From positions 752-24,751 of the forward strand of contig JAUYJX010000036.1 of NCBI GenBank assembly GCA_030699245.1: 24,000 bases of DNA, written 5' to 3'. The DNA comes from a bacterium (lineage in GTDB: Bacteria; Patescibacteriota; Saccharimonadia; CAILAD01; JAUYJX01). This document shows, one piece after another, positions 7,206 through 15,072 of this stretch (the first letter of the stretch is position 1; every line of letters starts with the position of its first letter). The notes beneath the pieces are model-generated. The model did not search any database. It was given only the letters and a program-made list of their open reading frames with translations, and had not been told where the DNA came from. Position numbers and translations under genes: made by a program.

Positions 7206-7922
7206 ATGCAAATAATCTACATTAGTTTGCTAACAATTTTAGCCAGCACTATTGGTACAGTTACTGGATTTGGTACCTCAACAATTATGGTGCCAGTCTT
7301 ACTATTGTTTTTTCCTTTGCCTCAAACCCTTCTGCTGGTTGGCATTATCCACTTCTTTGGTGATATCTGGAAACTAACTCTCTTTAAGAGAAAGTGGTTA
7401 TGGAAGGTGCTGTTAGGCTTTGGTATACCGGGGGTAATTGCCAGTTTTTTTGGTGCTAAATTGATTTTTAGTTTGCCCGCTAACCTAATTACCAAAATTA
7501 TAGGTGGTATTTTAGTTGCTTACGGTATTTTTATTATTATTAATCCGGTGTTTAAACTAGCCATAAATTATCTGACCTCAATTATTGGCGGGGTAACTTC
7601 GGGGTTTCTAGCTGGTTTTGGCGGAGTTGGTGGTGCACTGCGAGGACTTTTCTTATCTGCTTATGATCTGCCAAAAAGTACATATATATTTACCTCTGGC
7701 GCGATTGCTTTTGCCATAGATTCAACTCGTATAACCACTTATTTCGCCAATGGTACTAGACTGGATAGTCTGCTGACTGTTGGATTGTTAATTTTTATAC
7801 CTGCTTCATTTATGGGTGCCAAGATCGCTCAAAAAATTGTCAGCAAAATTTCTCAACGCCAACTTCGAATTACTATAGCTATCTTTTTACTAATTGTCGG
7901 AGTTAAGCTAATATTTTTTTAG
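7206..7922 (+). CDS. TauE/SafE (DUF81) family membrane transporter
   Basis: 238-aa polytopic membrane ORF. The Gly-rich TM repeats (TVTGFGTSTIMVPVLLLF..., GGVTSGFLAGFGGVGGALRG) are typical of the family. Confidence 0.75.
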   Translation: MQIIYISLLTILASTIGTVTGFGTSTIMVPVLLLFFPLPQTLLLVGIIHFFGDIWKLTLFKRKWLWKVLLGFGIPGVIASFFGAKLIFSLPANLITKIIGGILVAYGIFIIINPVFKLAINYLTSIIGGVTSGFLAGFGGVGGALRGLFLSAYDLPKSTYIFTSGAIAFAIDSTRITTYFANGTRLDSLLTVGLLIFIPASFMGAKIAQKIVSKISQRQLRITIAIFLLIVGVKLIFF

Positions 7923-7925
7923 ACG

Positions 7926-7954
7926 TTGACAGAATAGTAATTTTGGGGTAGAAT
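7926..7954 (+). promoter_or_regulatory. sigma70-type promoter for the GC-rich ORF
   Basis: TTGACA(7926-7931), 17-nt spacer, TAGAAT(7949-7954). Downstream lie AAGGAGG at 8006-8012 and the ATG at 8017. Confidence 0.6.
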
Positions 7955-8016
7955 ATATAAATTCTCTCGGTTATAGCTGAGAGTTGTTTTAATTGACCCA
8001 CTAAAAAGGAGGCATT

Positions 8017-8832
8017 ATGCCGCTGGGTCAGATTGATAACACCAAGATTTCCGTCTCCTTCAGAGGAGAGGAAATCATCCCCGAAGAGAGTGGCTATCTC
8101 GGCCAGCTGGAATCCAAAAACCAGCATAGGCCAGATATACTGGCTCTGGTCGTCACCGTTTCGGATGAAAGCTACCATGGGTTCATGGTGGATGGGCAAA
8201 AGAACGTCAGCCCTTCTCGCGATCTGAACCAGAAGTCTCTCACACCCGGGATTAAGGTGTTCCGCCAGAAGATGCCGATCAAGTTCTTGAGTCACCTTGC
8301 TGTCTGGCACACAGAGTACGCAGAGAACAATTTGCGATTGCTTAAGTTGGAGCTTGACGGAAGTTTCTGCGTCTGGGAGATCGCTATCATCTCCCAAGAC
8401 GGCTGCTTCTTCCTGACGAAGCAGCGGACTTACGAGAGCCGGTGCTATCGGGACGAGTCGGGTCAGCTGGTTTGCCCTGACTTTGAAAAGTGGCCACAAC
8501 TGGTTCATTTCTTGAAGACTCTAGTGGAATCACCCGAGTCTCTCGAAGCTGTTGAGAGCTGGAGTCCCAAACCGGGGATAGATGGCTCAGACCTAGAGCC
8601 TGGAACTGCCAGAGTCATCTGGTGGAACTGCGCCCAGGGACTCGGGGCCATAGCAGCTCCGGAGGGAGCAGCGCGAGTCCACTGGACAGAGTTGCCAATC
8701 GGTGACGAGCTGGCATATCTGTCCAAAGGACAGCTTGTGAGCTACTCGTGCTTCAAGCCACCCGAGAGCACGTGTGGTCGCTCCACTAGCTTCCAACGAG
8801 AAGCAGTGGCGGTTACGCCCCTCGGTGTCTAG
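8017..8832 (+). CDS. GC-rich hypothetical protein with C-terminal cold-shock-like (OB-fold) region
   Basis: 271-aa ORF with a strong SD. The C-terminus GTARVIWWNCAQGLGAI...ARVHW...LSKGQLVSY follows the CSD pattern GxVKWFNxxKGFGFI..VFVHF..GQxV. The N-terminal ~190 aa are unrecognised. Composition is clearly higher in G+C than the flanks. Confidence 0.75.
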   Translation: MPLGQIDNTKISVSFRGEEIIPEESGYLGQLESKNQHRPDILALVVTVSDESYHGFMVDGQKNVSPSRDLNQKSLTPGIKVFRQKMPIKFLSHLAVWHTEYAENNLRLLKLELDGSFCVWEIAIISQDGCFFLTKQRTYESRCYRDESGQLVCPDFEKWPQLVHFLKTLVESPESLEAVESWSPKPGIDGSDLEPGTARVIWWNCAQGLGAIAAPEGAARVHWTELPIGDELAYLSKGQLVSYSCFKPPESTCGRSTSFQREAVAVTPLGV

Positions 8833-8853
8833 CATCAGCCTAGACACCACCCA

Positions 8854-8880
8854 ATACCCCGCGTTCGCGGGGTATTTCAT
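8854..8880 (+). terminator. rho-independent terminator of the GC-rich ORF
   Basis: 9-bp stem ataccccgc(8854-8862)/gcggggtat(8867-8875), loop gttc, then a T-rich tail. Confidence 0.8.
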
Positions 8881-8942
8881 TTAATTATTTTTTTATCACC
8901 AAAAACACGAGTGATAGCTGGTCTGTGAATTGCTGATAATCC

Positions 8943-8971
8943 TTGAGTAAATTAGGCTTATGGTATAAAAT
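8943..8971 (+). promoter_or_regulatory. candidate promoter for the tRNA-Gly/tRNA-Arg pair
   Basis: TTGAGT(8943-8948), 17 nt, TAAAAT(8966-8971). Alternatively TGgTATAAA as an extended -10. Lies about 55 nt upstream of tRNA-Gly. Confidence 0.4.
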
Positions 8972-9027
8972 TGATAGTTTCTATCGCTTAAGTAAAAGAT
9001 TAGTTTACTTTATAATTATTAAAGCAT

Positions 9028-9102
9028 GCGGGTGTTGTATAGTGGCTATTACGTCAGCCTTCCAAGCTGAAGACGGCGGTTCAATTCCGCTCACCCGCTC
9101 CA
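9028..9102 (+). tRNA. tRNA-Gly (anticodon TCC)
   Basis: 75-nt cloverleaf. Acceptor gcgggtg/cacccgc, anticodon loop cttccaa, T-loop ttcaatt, CCA encoded. Confidence 0.88.
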
Positions 9103-9180
9103 GTCCCCGTAGCTCAGCTTGGATAGAGCAACTGCCTTCTAAGCAGTAGGTCGCAGGTTCGAATCCTGCCGGGGACGCCA
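9103..9180 (+). tRNA. tRNA-Arg (anticodon TCT)
   Basis: 78-nt cloverleaf. Acceptor gtccccg/cggggac, anticodon loop cttctaa, CCA encoded. Starts on the nucleotide immediately after the CCA of tRNA-Gly. Confidence 0.9.
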
Positions 9181-9332
9181 CGAAAAATTCCTTTCTCAAA
9201 AACGAATTACATTCTGTTATTTGAAAAGTGTCATATTCGTGGCACAGCCATTGAAAGGAGAACTACTTGTGATAGTTGGAGTACAATAGCATCAGCTATC
9301 GTACAAAGACCTAAGCAATAGTTTGACGACGA

Positions 9333-9410
9333 GGTGGGTGTAGCTCAGCTGGTTAGAGCAACGGGTTGTGGTCCCGTAGGTCGTGGGTTCGAATCCCATC
9401 ACTCACCCCA
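9333..9410 (+). tRNA. tRNA-His (anticodon GTG) with encoded G-1
   Basis: Acceptor gtgggtg/cactcac, an extra 5' G (9333) opposite discriminator C, anticodon loop ttgtggt, CCA encoded. Confidence 0.9.
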
Positions 9411-9519
9411 TTAAACTTCGCTACTTTGCTTAAAGGCGGGTTTAGCGAAGAAATAAAATAAATGAAGGGATGAGAAGTTTATCCGCCAATCGGCGGGAAT
9501 CCCATCACTCACCCCATTA
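9391..9519 (+). repeat. exact 23-bp direct repeat of the tRNA-His 3' end bracketing an 83-bp hairpin-containing insert
   Basis: gaatcccatcactcaccccatta occurs at 9391-9413 and 9497-9519. Between the copies lie the hairpins cttcgcta(9416-9423)/tagcgaag(9443-9450) and ccgcc(9483-9487)/ggcgg(9492-9496). Confidence 0.85.
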
Positions 9520-9528
9520 GAAAATAAG

Positions 9529-10428
9529 ATGATTATTTTTACTTTCCCCAACTATAAATTTATGCTGCCGGAAATTTTAAATAAAATACCTGGTTTAAAA
9601 TCTGGTGGTTTCTCTATTAATCGTTTTTCAAATCAAGAAATTTATGTAAGTTTAAATTCAGAGGTAGCAAACCAAGATTGTCTGATACTGGGTTCTATCT
9701 CTCCTCCGGAGCAGAATTTATTTTCACTTCTGCTTTTAGCTGATACTTTAAAAAAACAGGAAGCTTTAAGTACTACAGTCTGTTTGCCCTATTTAAGCTA
9801 CGGTAGGGCCGATAGAGATGAATACAACAAAAGTTTAACCATTAAATGGATTGGACGGCTCTTCAAAGCTTCATCGGTTGACAAATTAATAACTTTTGAA
9901 GCCCATAGTCAGCTAGATCAAAAGCTTTTCCCGATCCCTTTAATTTCCATATCAACAAGCGAAATTTTTGCCAAGCAAATTATAAAATTATCGCTTGAAA
10001 AATATAGCCTGGTATCTCCCGATGAAGGGGCTATAGATTTATGTCAAGTAACTGCTAATTTAATAAATTCAGCTCAACCAATAGCTTACTTTAAGAAAAA
10101 AAGAGATAAAAAGGGAATCATTCATTCGACACTAATCGGAAAAGTCAGACCTCAAGTTATTATTTTAGATGACATATTAGACACCGGAGCTACACTGCTA
10201 TCTTGTACCAGTCAATTAGCGAAGGTTGGTGTAAATAACATTGTTATCATGGTCACACATGGCTTATTTACCGGAAGTAAGTGGAAAAAATTATGGCAAA
10301 ATAATGTTACTGAAATTTACTCAACGGATACTACCCAGCCCAGAAAAGATTTAGATTTGAAAAAAATTAAAATTTTACCGATGGCTTCTTTTATTGCAGA
10401 GAAGTTAAAATATTATTTAAACTTATAA
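9529..10428 (+). CDS. prs: ribose-phosphate pyrophosphokinase (PRPP synthetase) family
   Basis: 299-aa ORF. CLPYLSYGRADR matches the Prs motif PYxxYxRQDR. ILDDILDTGATL is a PRPP-binding loop. Confidence 0.8.
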   Translation: MIIFTFPNYKFMLPEILNKIPGLKSGGFSINRFSNQEIYVSLNSEVANQDCLILGSISPPEQNLFSLLLLADTLKKQEALSTTVCLPYLSYGRADRDEYNKSLTIKWIGRLFKASSVDKLITFEAHSQLDQKLFPIPLISISTSEIFAKQIIKLSLEKYSLVSPDEGAIDLCQVTANLINSAQPIAYFKKKRDKKGIIHSTLIGKVRPQVIILDDILDTGATLLSCTSQLAKVGVNNIVIMVTHGLFTGSKWKKLWQNNVTEIYSTDTTQPRKDLDLKKIKILPMASFIAEKLKYYLNL

Positions 10429-10431
10429 ACT

Positions 10432-11070
10432 ATGCACGAACTTCAGTCAAAACTAGTCAATATATCGGCTGATGATGTTAATCTAGAAGGTTCTCTAAAT
10501 ATTCCTGAACGTTCTAAGTCAATTGTTTTATTTGCTCATGGTAGTGGTAGTAGCAGATTTAGCCCCAGAAATAATTATGTAGCCAGTGTGTTGCAAAAAT
10601 CGGGACTCGCTACACTACTGATTGATTTGCTAACCGAGCAGGAAGATCAGGTTTATGAAACTAGATTTGATATAGATTTATTAACTAAACGGCTAATCAT
10701 AGCTACTAAATGGCTAAGAAATAATCCCCCATCAAAAGATTTATCAATTGGTTACTTTGGAGCAAGTACTGGCGCTGCAGCAGCTCTTCAAGCAGCTGCT
10801 AAGCTAGGGGCAGAAATCAAAGCAATAGTTTCCAGAGGCGGTAGGCCTGATTTGGCTAAGGAAAATCTAAAAAAAGTTCAAGCTCCTACTTTACTATTAG
10901 TCGGTGGTAATGATACTGAAGTGATTAAGCTAAATCAAATAGCGCTAGATGAATTAAAAACTACTTGTGATTTAGTAATAGTTCCTGGTGCCACTCACCT
11001 ATTCGAGGAACCAGGAACTTTAGAAAAAGTTGCCCAGATATCTGCCAAGTGGTTTAAAAAATACTTATAA
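10432..11070 (+). CDS. dienelactone hydrolase-like alpha/beta hydrolase
   Basis: 212-aa ORF starting 3 nt after the prs stop. Contains VLFAHGSGSSRFSPRNNYVA...LLIDLLT and the nucleophile-elbow-like GASTG. Confidence 0.75.
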   Translation: MHELQSKLVNISADDVNLEGSLNIPERSKSIVLFAHGSGSSRFSPRNNYVASVLQKSGLATLLIDLLTEQEDQVYETRFDIDLLTKRLIIATKWLRNNPPSKDLSIGYFGASTGAAAALQAAAKLGAEIKAIVSRGGRPDLAKENLKKVQAPTLLLVGGNDTEVIKLNQIALDELKTTCDLVIVPGATHLFEEPGTLEKVAQISAKWFKKYL

Positions 11071-11093
11071 CTCTAGAGTAAATTTTATTAGTA

Positions 11094-12062
11094 TCAGTAG
11101 CCGAGGGTTTTATTTTGAGAATTAATCAGCCAGTGATTAGTCTTATTATCAAAAATCAGAGTATAGACCATGGTATCTGTGTATTGTGAGGAATTCGGCT
11201 GGGTTGCGTCCCGGTACTTATACAAAATATTTACCTGAACCTCATATTTATCCCCTAGTCTATTAGTCCCAACCAGCCTAAAACTGACCGGATAAGTATA
11301 CAACCTAGCATCAGGGGTAATAGTACTAAAATTAAATTCATTGATAAAAGCATCTGTCATATATCGCTTCATTTTCTCTACATCTCCGGAGATAAAGCCG
11401 TCCATAAATTTATTTATATTCGATTCCACTTCTGCCCTGTCACTAGCTTCTTTTTGCATCTGACGTTCTTTTTGAGTCTTCTCGGCTTCTTCTTTGGCTT
11501 TTTGTTCATCCATTTTGTCTTTAGCAGATTTTAGATAATCAGCAAGGTTGAAAATATCAGAGGATATATTTTCTTTGAGATAACTGATACTATTTTTTAC
11601 TTCATCGCTAGATTGACGTGCTTGAGCTGAAAGTAAACTGAGCTTAGTAAAGTCCTCCTCGTCTAAAATTTTTATATCATCACTCATACTAGCGGCTTGT
11701 GAGCTGTAATTGCTAAATTTTTCTAAAAAATTTCTGTATATAAAAAGTGATTTTTTATCATTCAATAGTGTTGAGATATTTCCTGCATTGAATTTTTCAT
11801 CTCTAATTAAACTGTCTAAATTATGGATTTCCCTTGACAAGTCATTAACATTTTGAGGGTTTAAATCCTTTTTCGCTAGAATAACTTTATCGCTACGTGA
11901 AGCTAGTGAATGCCAGCTGGACTTGATAAATTCTTTACTGTAAGAGCTTCTTTGTAAATACCAGCCATAAATCCCTAGCGTTGCAAGGATTATCAGTGTG
12001 ACAAGAAAAATAATCCAGAATTTCTTGGTTTTATAAAATTTGGGTTTGGGATCTTGTTCCAT
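11094..12062 (-). CDS. membrane-anchored coiled-coil protein of unknown function
   Basis: 322-aa ORF with an N-terminal TM helix (FWIIFLVTLIILATLGIYGWY), a Lys/Glu-rich central segment and a globular C-terminus. Confidence 0.65.
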   Translation of the reverse strand: MEQDPKPKFYKTKKFWIIFLVTLIILATLGIYGWYLQRSSYSKEFIKSSWHSLASRSDKVILAKKDLNPQNVNDLSREIHNLDSLIRDEKFNAGNISTLLNDKKSLFIYRNFLEKFSNYSSQAASMSDDIKILDEEDFTKLSLLSAQARQSSDEVKNSISYLKENISSDIFNLADYLKSAKDKMDEQKAKEEAEKTQKERQMQKEASDRAEVESNINKFMDGFISGDVEKMKRYMTDAFINEFNFSTITPDARLYTYPVSFRLVGTNRLGDKYEVQVNILYKYRDATQPNSSQYTDTMVYTLIFDNKTNHWLINSQNKTLGY

Positions 12063-12107
12063 AAATAATAAGACTATTTTATGATAGTTTTAAGATTCAA
12101 GCTAGCA

Positions 12108-12145
12108 GAAAAATAAAAAAACCGCTTTTTTATAGCGCGGTTTCA
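12108..12145 (-). terminator. rho-independent terminator after hup
   Basis: On the minus strand: aaaccgc(12137-12143 complement)/gcggttt(12119-12125 complement) stem followed by a U-run (tttttttatttttc). Confidence 0.7.
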
Positions 12146-12149
12146 CAGG

Positions 12150-12425
12150 TTAGCTGCGAACAACTTCTTTTAGTCTTTTGCCAGCACGAAATCTCGGCAT
12201 AGCCATTGCCGGGATTTTAATTTCTTTGCCTGTTTGCGGATCAACTCCTCTACGTGCTTTGCGGGAAGAAAGATCAAATGTGCCAAAACCAGTAATGGAT
12301 ACTTTTTCGCCAGCTTTAACAGTTTTTTCAATAATTCTAACTAACTTGGTCAGAATTAGATCTGCCTGCTTTTTGGTGATATTTATTTCTTCAGCTAAGG
12401 TATCAATTAATTTTTGCTTGGTCAT
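12150..12425 (-). CDS. hup: HU family DNA-binding protein
   Basis: 91 aa. Contains ...ITGFGTFDLSSRKARRGVDPQTGKEIKIPAMAMPRFRAGKRLKE, the canonical HU/IHF arm and signature. Confidence 0.92.
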   Translation of the reverse strand: MTKQKLIDTLAEEINITKKQADLILTKLVRIIEKTVKAGEKVSITGFGTFDLSSRKARRGVDPQTGKEIKIPAMAMPRFRAGKRLKEVVRS

Positions 12426-12430
12426 TTTTT

Positions 12431-12513
12431 CCTAATTCGCACTTTGAGCGAATTACCCTGAATGAAATCGAAGGGCTTTTAAAATATTATAGTGCAATAT
12501 TATTTATAACCAA
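12431..12513 (-). promoter_or_regulatory. hup promoter plus structured ~50-nt 5' leader
   Basis: Minus strand: TTGGTT(12508-12513), 16 nt, TATAAT(12486-12491). The leader holds a ccct/aggg hairpin (12456-12475) and a perfect 7-bp hairpin aattcgc/gcgaatt (12434-12454) just 5' of AGGA and the ATG. Confidence 0.5.
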
Positions 12514-12532
12514 TTATCAGTTTTTTAGCAAA

Positions 12533-13324
12533 CTAAATATCGACAAGGCGAATAATTTGCTCAATGGACTTGGCTTTTCCTTTTGTGCTGATATTTATTA
12601 AAACTGCACAAAACTGGCAGGGGCCGCTAGTGGTAATTTCATGACGAGCTGGCAGCTGGTTGAGCCAGCGGCTAATAATAATTTCTTTCTTAACCCCCAA
12701 CACCGAATCGGCTGGTCCCACCATACCAACATCAGTAATAATAGCTGTGCCGCCTGGCAAAATCCTTGCATCAGCGGTTGGCACATGTGTGTGGTCGCCT
12801 ATTACCGCACTAACTTTACTATCAAGATAATAACCGACCGCTACTTTTTCGGAGGTTGAATCGCCATGAAAATTAACTAAGCTAGCAGACAATTTTTCAT
12901 TTTTATTTTCCTCTAGGATCTCGTCTACTTTTTTTAACGGATTTTCCAGCTGTGGTCCATTAAATGTAATGCCCATCAAATTTATGACTAGTATTTTGCC
13001 AAAGCTAGAGCTGGCAATAGCCCAGCCTCTTCCCGGCGTGTTTTCTGGATAATTAGCCGGTCTGATTACCGGGATTTTAGGGTCATTCAAATATGGATAA
13101 AATTCTTTTTTTTTAAAACTGTGATTACCGCCAGTGAAAAAATCTATTCCCACTTCTCTCATCTCTTCGACTGCCTTGATCGTTAAACCATTGCCTGTCG
13201 ACATATTTTCGCTTTGAGCGATTACAAAATCAATATTTTTTTCTTTTATTAAGTCTGGCAAAACTTTTTGAACAGTAGCCCTACCAATCCGCGCAACTAT
13301 ATCACCGATGTACAAAATCTTCAT
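12533..13324 (-). CDS. ymdB: YmdB-like metallophosphoesterase (2',3'-cyclic-nucleotide phosphodiesterase family, TIGR00282-type)
   Basis: 263 aa. Starts MKILYIGDIVARIGR...FVIAQSENMSTGNGLT. Lies immediately downstream of rny (TAATG overlap), the same arrangement as the Bacillus rny-ymdB operon. Confidence 0.85.
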   Translation of the reverse strand: MKILYIGDIVARIGRATVQKVLPDLIKEKNIDFVIAQSENMSTGNGLTIKAVEEMREVGIDFFTGGNHSFKKKEFYPYLNDPKIPVIRPANYPENTPGRGWAIASSSFGKILVINLMGITFNGPQLENPLKKVDEILEENKNEKLSASLVNFHGDSTSEKVAVGYYLDSKVSAVIGDHTHVPTADARILPGGTAIITDVGMVGPADSVLGVKKEIIISRWLNQLPARHEITTSGPCQFCAVLINISTKGKAKSIEQIIRLVDI

Positions 13325-14841
13325 TATTTAGCGTATTCTATAGCACGAGTTTCGCGAATCACATTAACTTTGATCGTCCCGGGATATTTAAGTGTAGCTT
13401 CTATTTTATTAGAAATATCGCGAGCCAATTTAATTGCCGTAAGATCATCAATTGATTCCGGTTTGACAAAAACTCTAATTTCGCGGCCAGCAGAAATGGC
13501 ATAGGATTTTTCAACGCCAGTAAACGAATTGGTCAGATTCTCGAGATCCGTCATCCTCTTAGCATAATTCTCAACATTGTCTCCCCTCGCTCCTGGACGT
13601 GAAGCGCTGACAGCATCAACCGCCCTAACCACCAAAGCTTCTACTGTAGTGGCTTCAATATCGTCATGGTGAGCTTCGGCAGCATGAATTATTGCTTCAT
13701 CAACGCCGGCTTTTTCCAATAACGTTCTAGTCAGGTGGTGGTGATTACCATCCATCTCATGAGTTACAGCCTTGCCCAAGTCATGGAGCAGCGCTGCAGT
13801 ACGACAGACAGCAACATTAGCGCCGATTTCTGAAGCAATAATCACAGCTAAATGCGTCATTTCTATGGAGTGTTTGAGCACATTTTGGCCGTAAGAAGTC
13901 CTAAATTTCAGCTGGCCCAAATAGTTGACAATCTCAGGCGGCAAGCCAGCAACGCCGGTTTCATGGCAAGCTTCTTCGCCGGCTTTTTTGATAATCTGAT
14001 CAATTTCTTTTTGGGCTTTTTGAACAGTTTCCTCGATTTTAGTCGGATGAATCCTACCATCTTTTATTAAATTTTCTAATGCTACTCGTGCAACCTGGCG
14101 TCTGACCGGATCAAAACCAGAAAGTACTATTACTCCCGGAGTCTCATCAATAATTACATCTACCCCCGTTAGACGCTCAATCGTCTGAATGTTTCTGCCT
14201 TCTTTGCCGATAATTCGGCCTTTGAGTTCATCATTAGGAATAGCCACAGTAGTGACAGTACGCTCACTTGTCTGCTCAGAGGCTATTCGCTGCATGGCAT
14301 CTGACACAATACCGCGAGCGATATCATCGGCATTCTCTTTTGCATCTCTTTGCAACTTTTCAACTAGTTTGACCAAATCAGCCTTGATATCTTTTTCGGT
14401 CATTTGCATCAGTTTATCAGCAGCTTCTTTTTTATTTAGTTTAGCAATTTTTTCCAGATTCTTCTGTTGGCGAGTTCTAATTTCTTTTAGTTCTTCCTTG
14501 ATCTCATCGATCTCTTTTTCGTTAGACTTTTGTGCTTCAGTCCTTTCGTCTAGCCGGTTAAACTTAGCATCCAGATTAATTTCCCGCTCAGCTAATCTTT
14601 TCTCCTGTCCAGATAATTGTTCCCGTCTTTTTTTCTCTTCCGTTTTTGTTTCATCGATCATTTCGATCGCTTCCTCTTTGGCAGCTAGAAGCTGTTCTTT
14701 GGCCTTGGCTTTTGTATCTTCTAAAAGCTTATCAGCCCTAGCCTGCGCACTATCTTTTTTCTTTTTAAATAAATAGCTTTTTGTGCCATAGCCAACAGCT
14801 GATCCACCAGCTAGCGCAATGGCGATAAGTAAAATCTCCAT
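13324..14841 (-). CDS. rny: ribonuclease Y
   Basis: 505 aa. N-terminal TM helix, Lys/Glu coiled coil, KH domain (GRIIGKEGRNIQTIERLTGVDVIID) and HD domain (LLHDLGKA...HH). Confidence 0.93.
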   Translation of the reverse strand: MEILLIAIALAGGSAVGYGTKSYLFKKKKDSAQARADKLLEDTKAKAKEQLLAAKEEAIEMIDETKTEEKKRREQLSGQEKRLAEREINLDAKFNRLDERTEAQKSNEKEIDEIKEELKEIRTRQQKNLEKIAKLNKKEAADKLMQMTEKDIKADLVKLVEKLQRDAKENADDIARGIVSDAMQRIASEQTSERTVTTVAIPNDELKGRIIGKEGRNIQTIERLTGVDVIIDETPGVIVLSGFDPVRRQVARVALENLIKDGRIHPTKIEETVQKAQKEIDQIIKKAGEEACHETGVAGLPPEIVNYLGQLKFRTSYGQNVLKHSIEMTHLAVIIASEIGANVAVCRTAALLHDLGKAVTHEMDGNHHHLTRTLLEKAGVDEAIIHAAEAHHDDIEATTVEALVVRAVDAVSASRPGARGDNVENYAKRMTDLENLTNSFTGVEKSYAISAGREIRVFVKPESIDDLTAIKLARDISNKIEATLKYPGTIKVNVIRETRAIEYAK

Positions 14842-15072
14842 ATTCCACCTCTTTCTATGGTCTCTTGTGTAATTAAACCTTAATATAAGGACTAGATTAA
14901 TTTTTAAAAACAGCTTTGAGCCTTATTACACCAGTCTAGTGAAAATTGCTTCATTTAATCTGAAAATTGAGCTTCGGTGCGGCTTAACTAAACAAAAAAC
15001 TTCAATGTTAATTATTAAAAACCTAGTACTTTTATTAAAAACCTTTTGGTTTGCTGGGTCAAGCCAAGAGTT

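Noticed and set aside
7903-8880. ORFs 7903..8508(-), 8033..8227(+), 8505..8726(-) and 8593..8880(-) overlapping the GC-rich gene
   Set aside because: They are antisense or alternate-frame shadows of the 8017..8832 CDS in GC-rich DNA. Only the plus-strand 271-aa frame has a promoter, a strong SD, a terminator and a recognisable domain pattern.
14189-14776. 195-aa plus-strand ORF
   Set aside because: It is antisense to the Lys/Glu-rich coiled-coil part of rny. The Ser/Leu/Phe-rich translation is the typical mirror of AAR/GAR codons.
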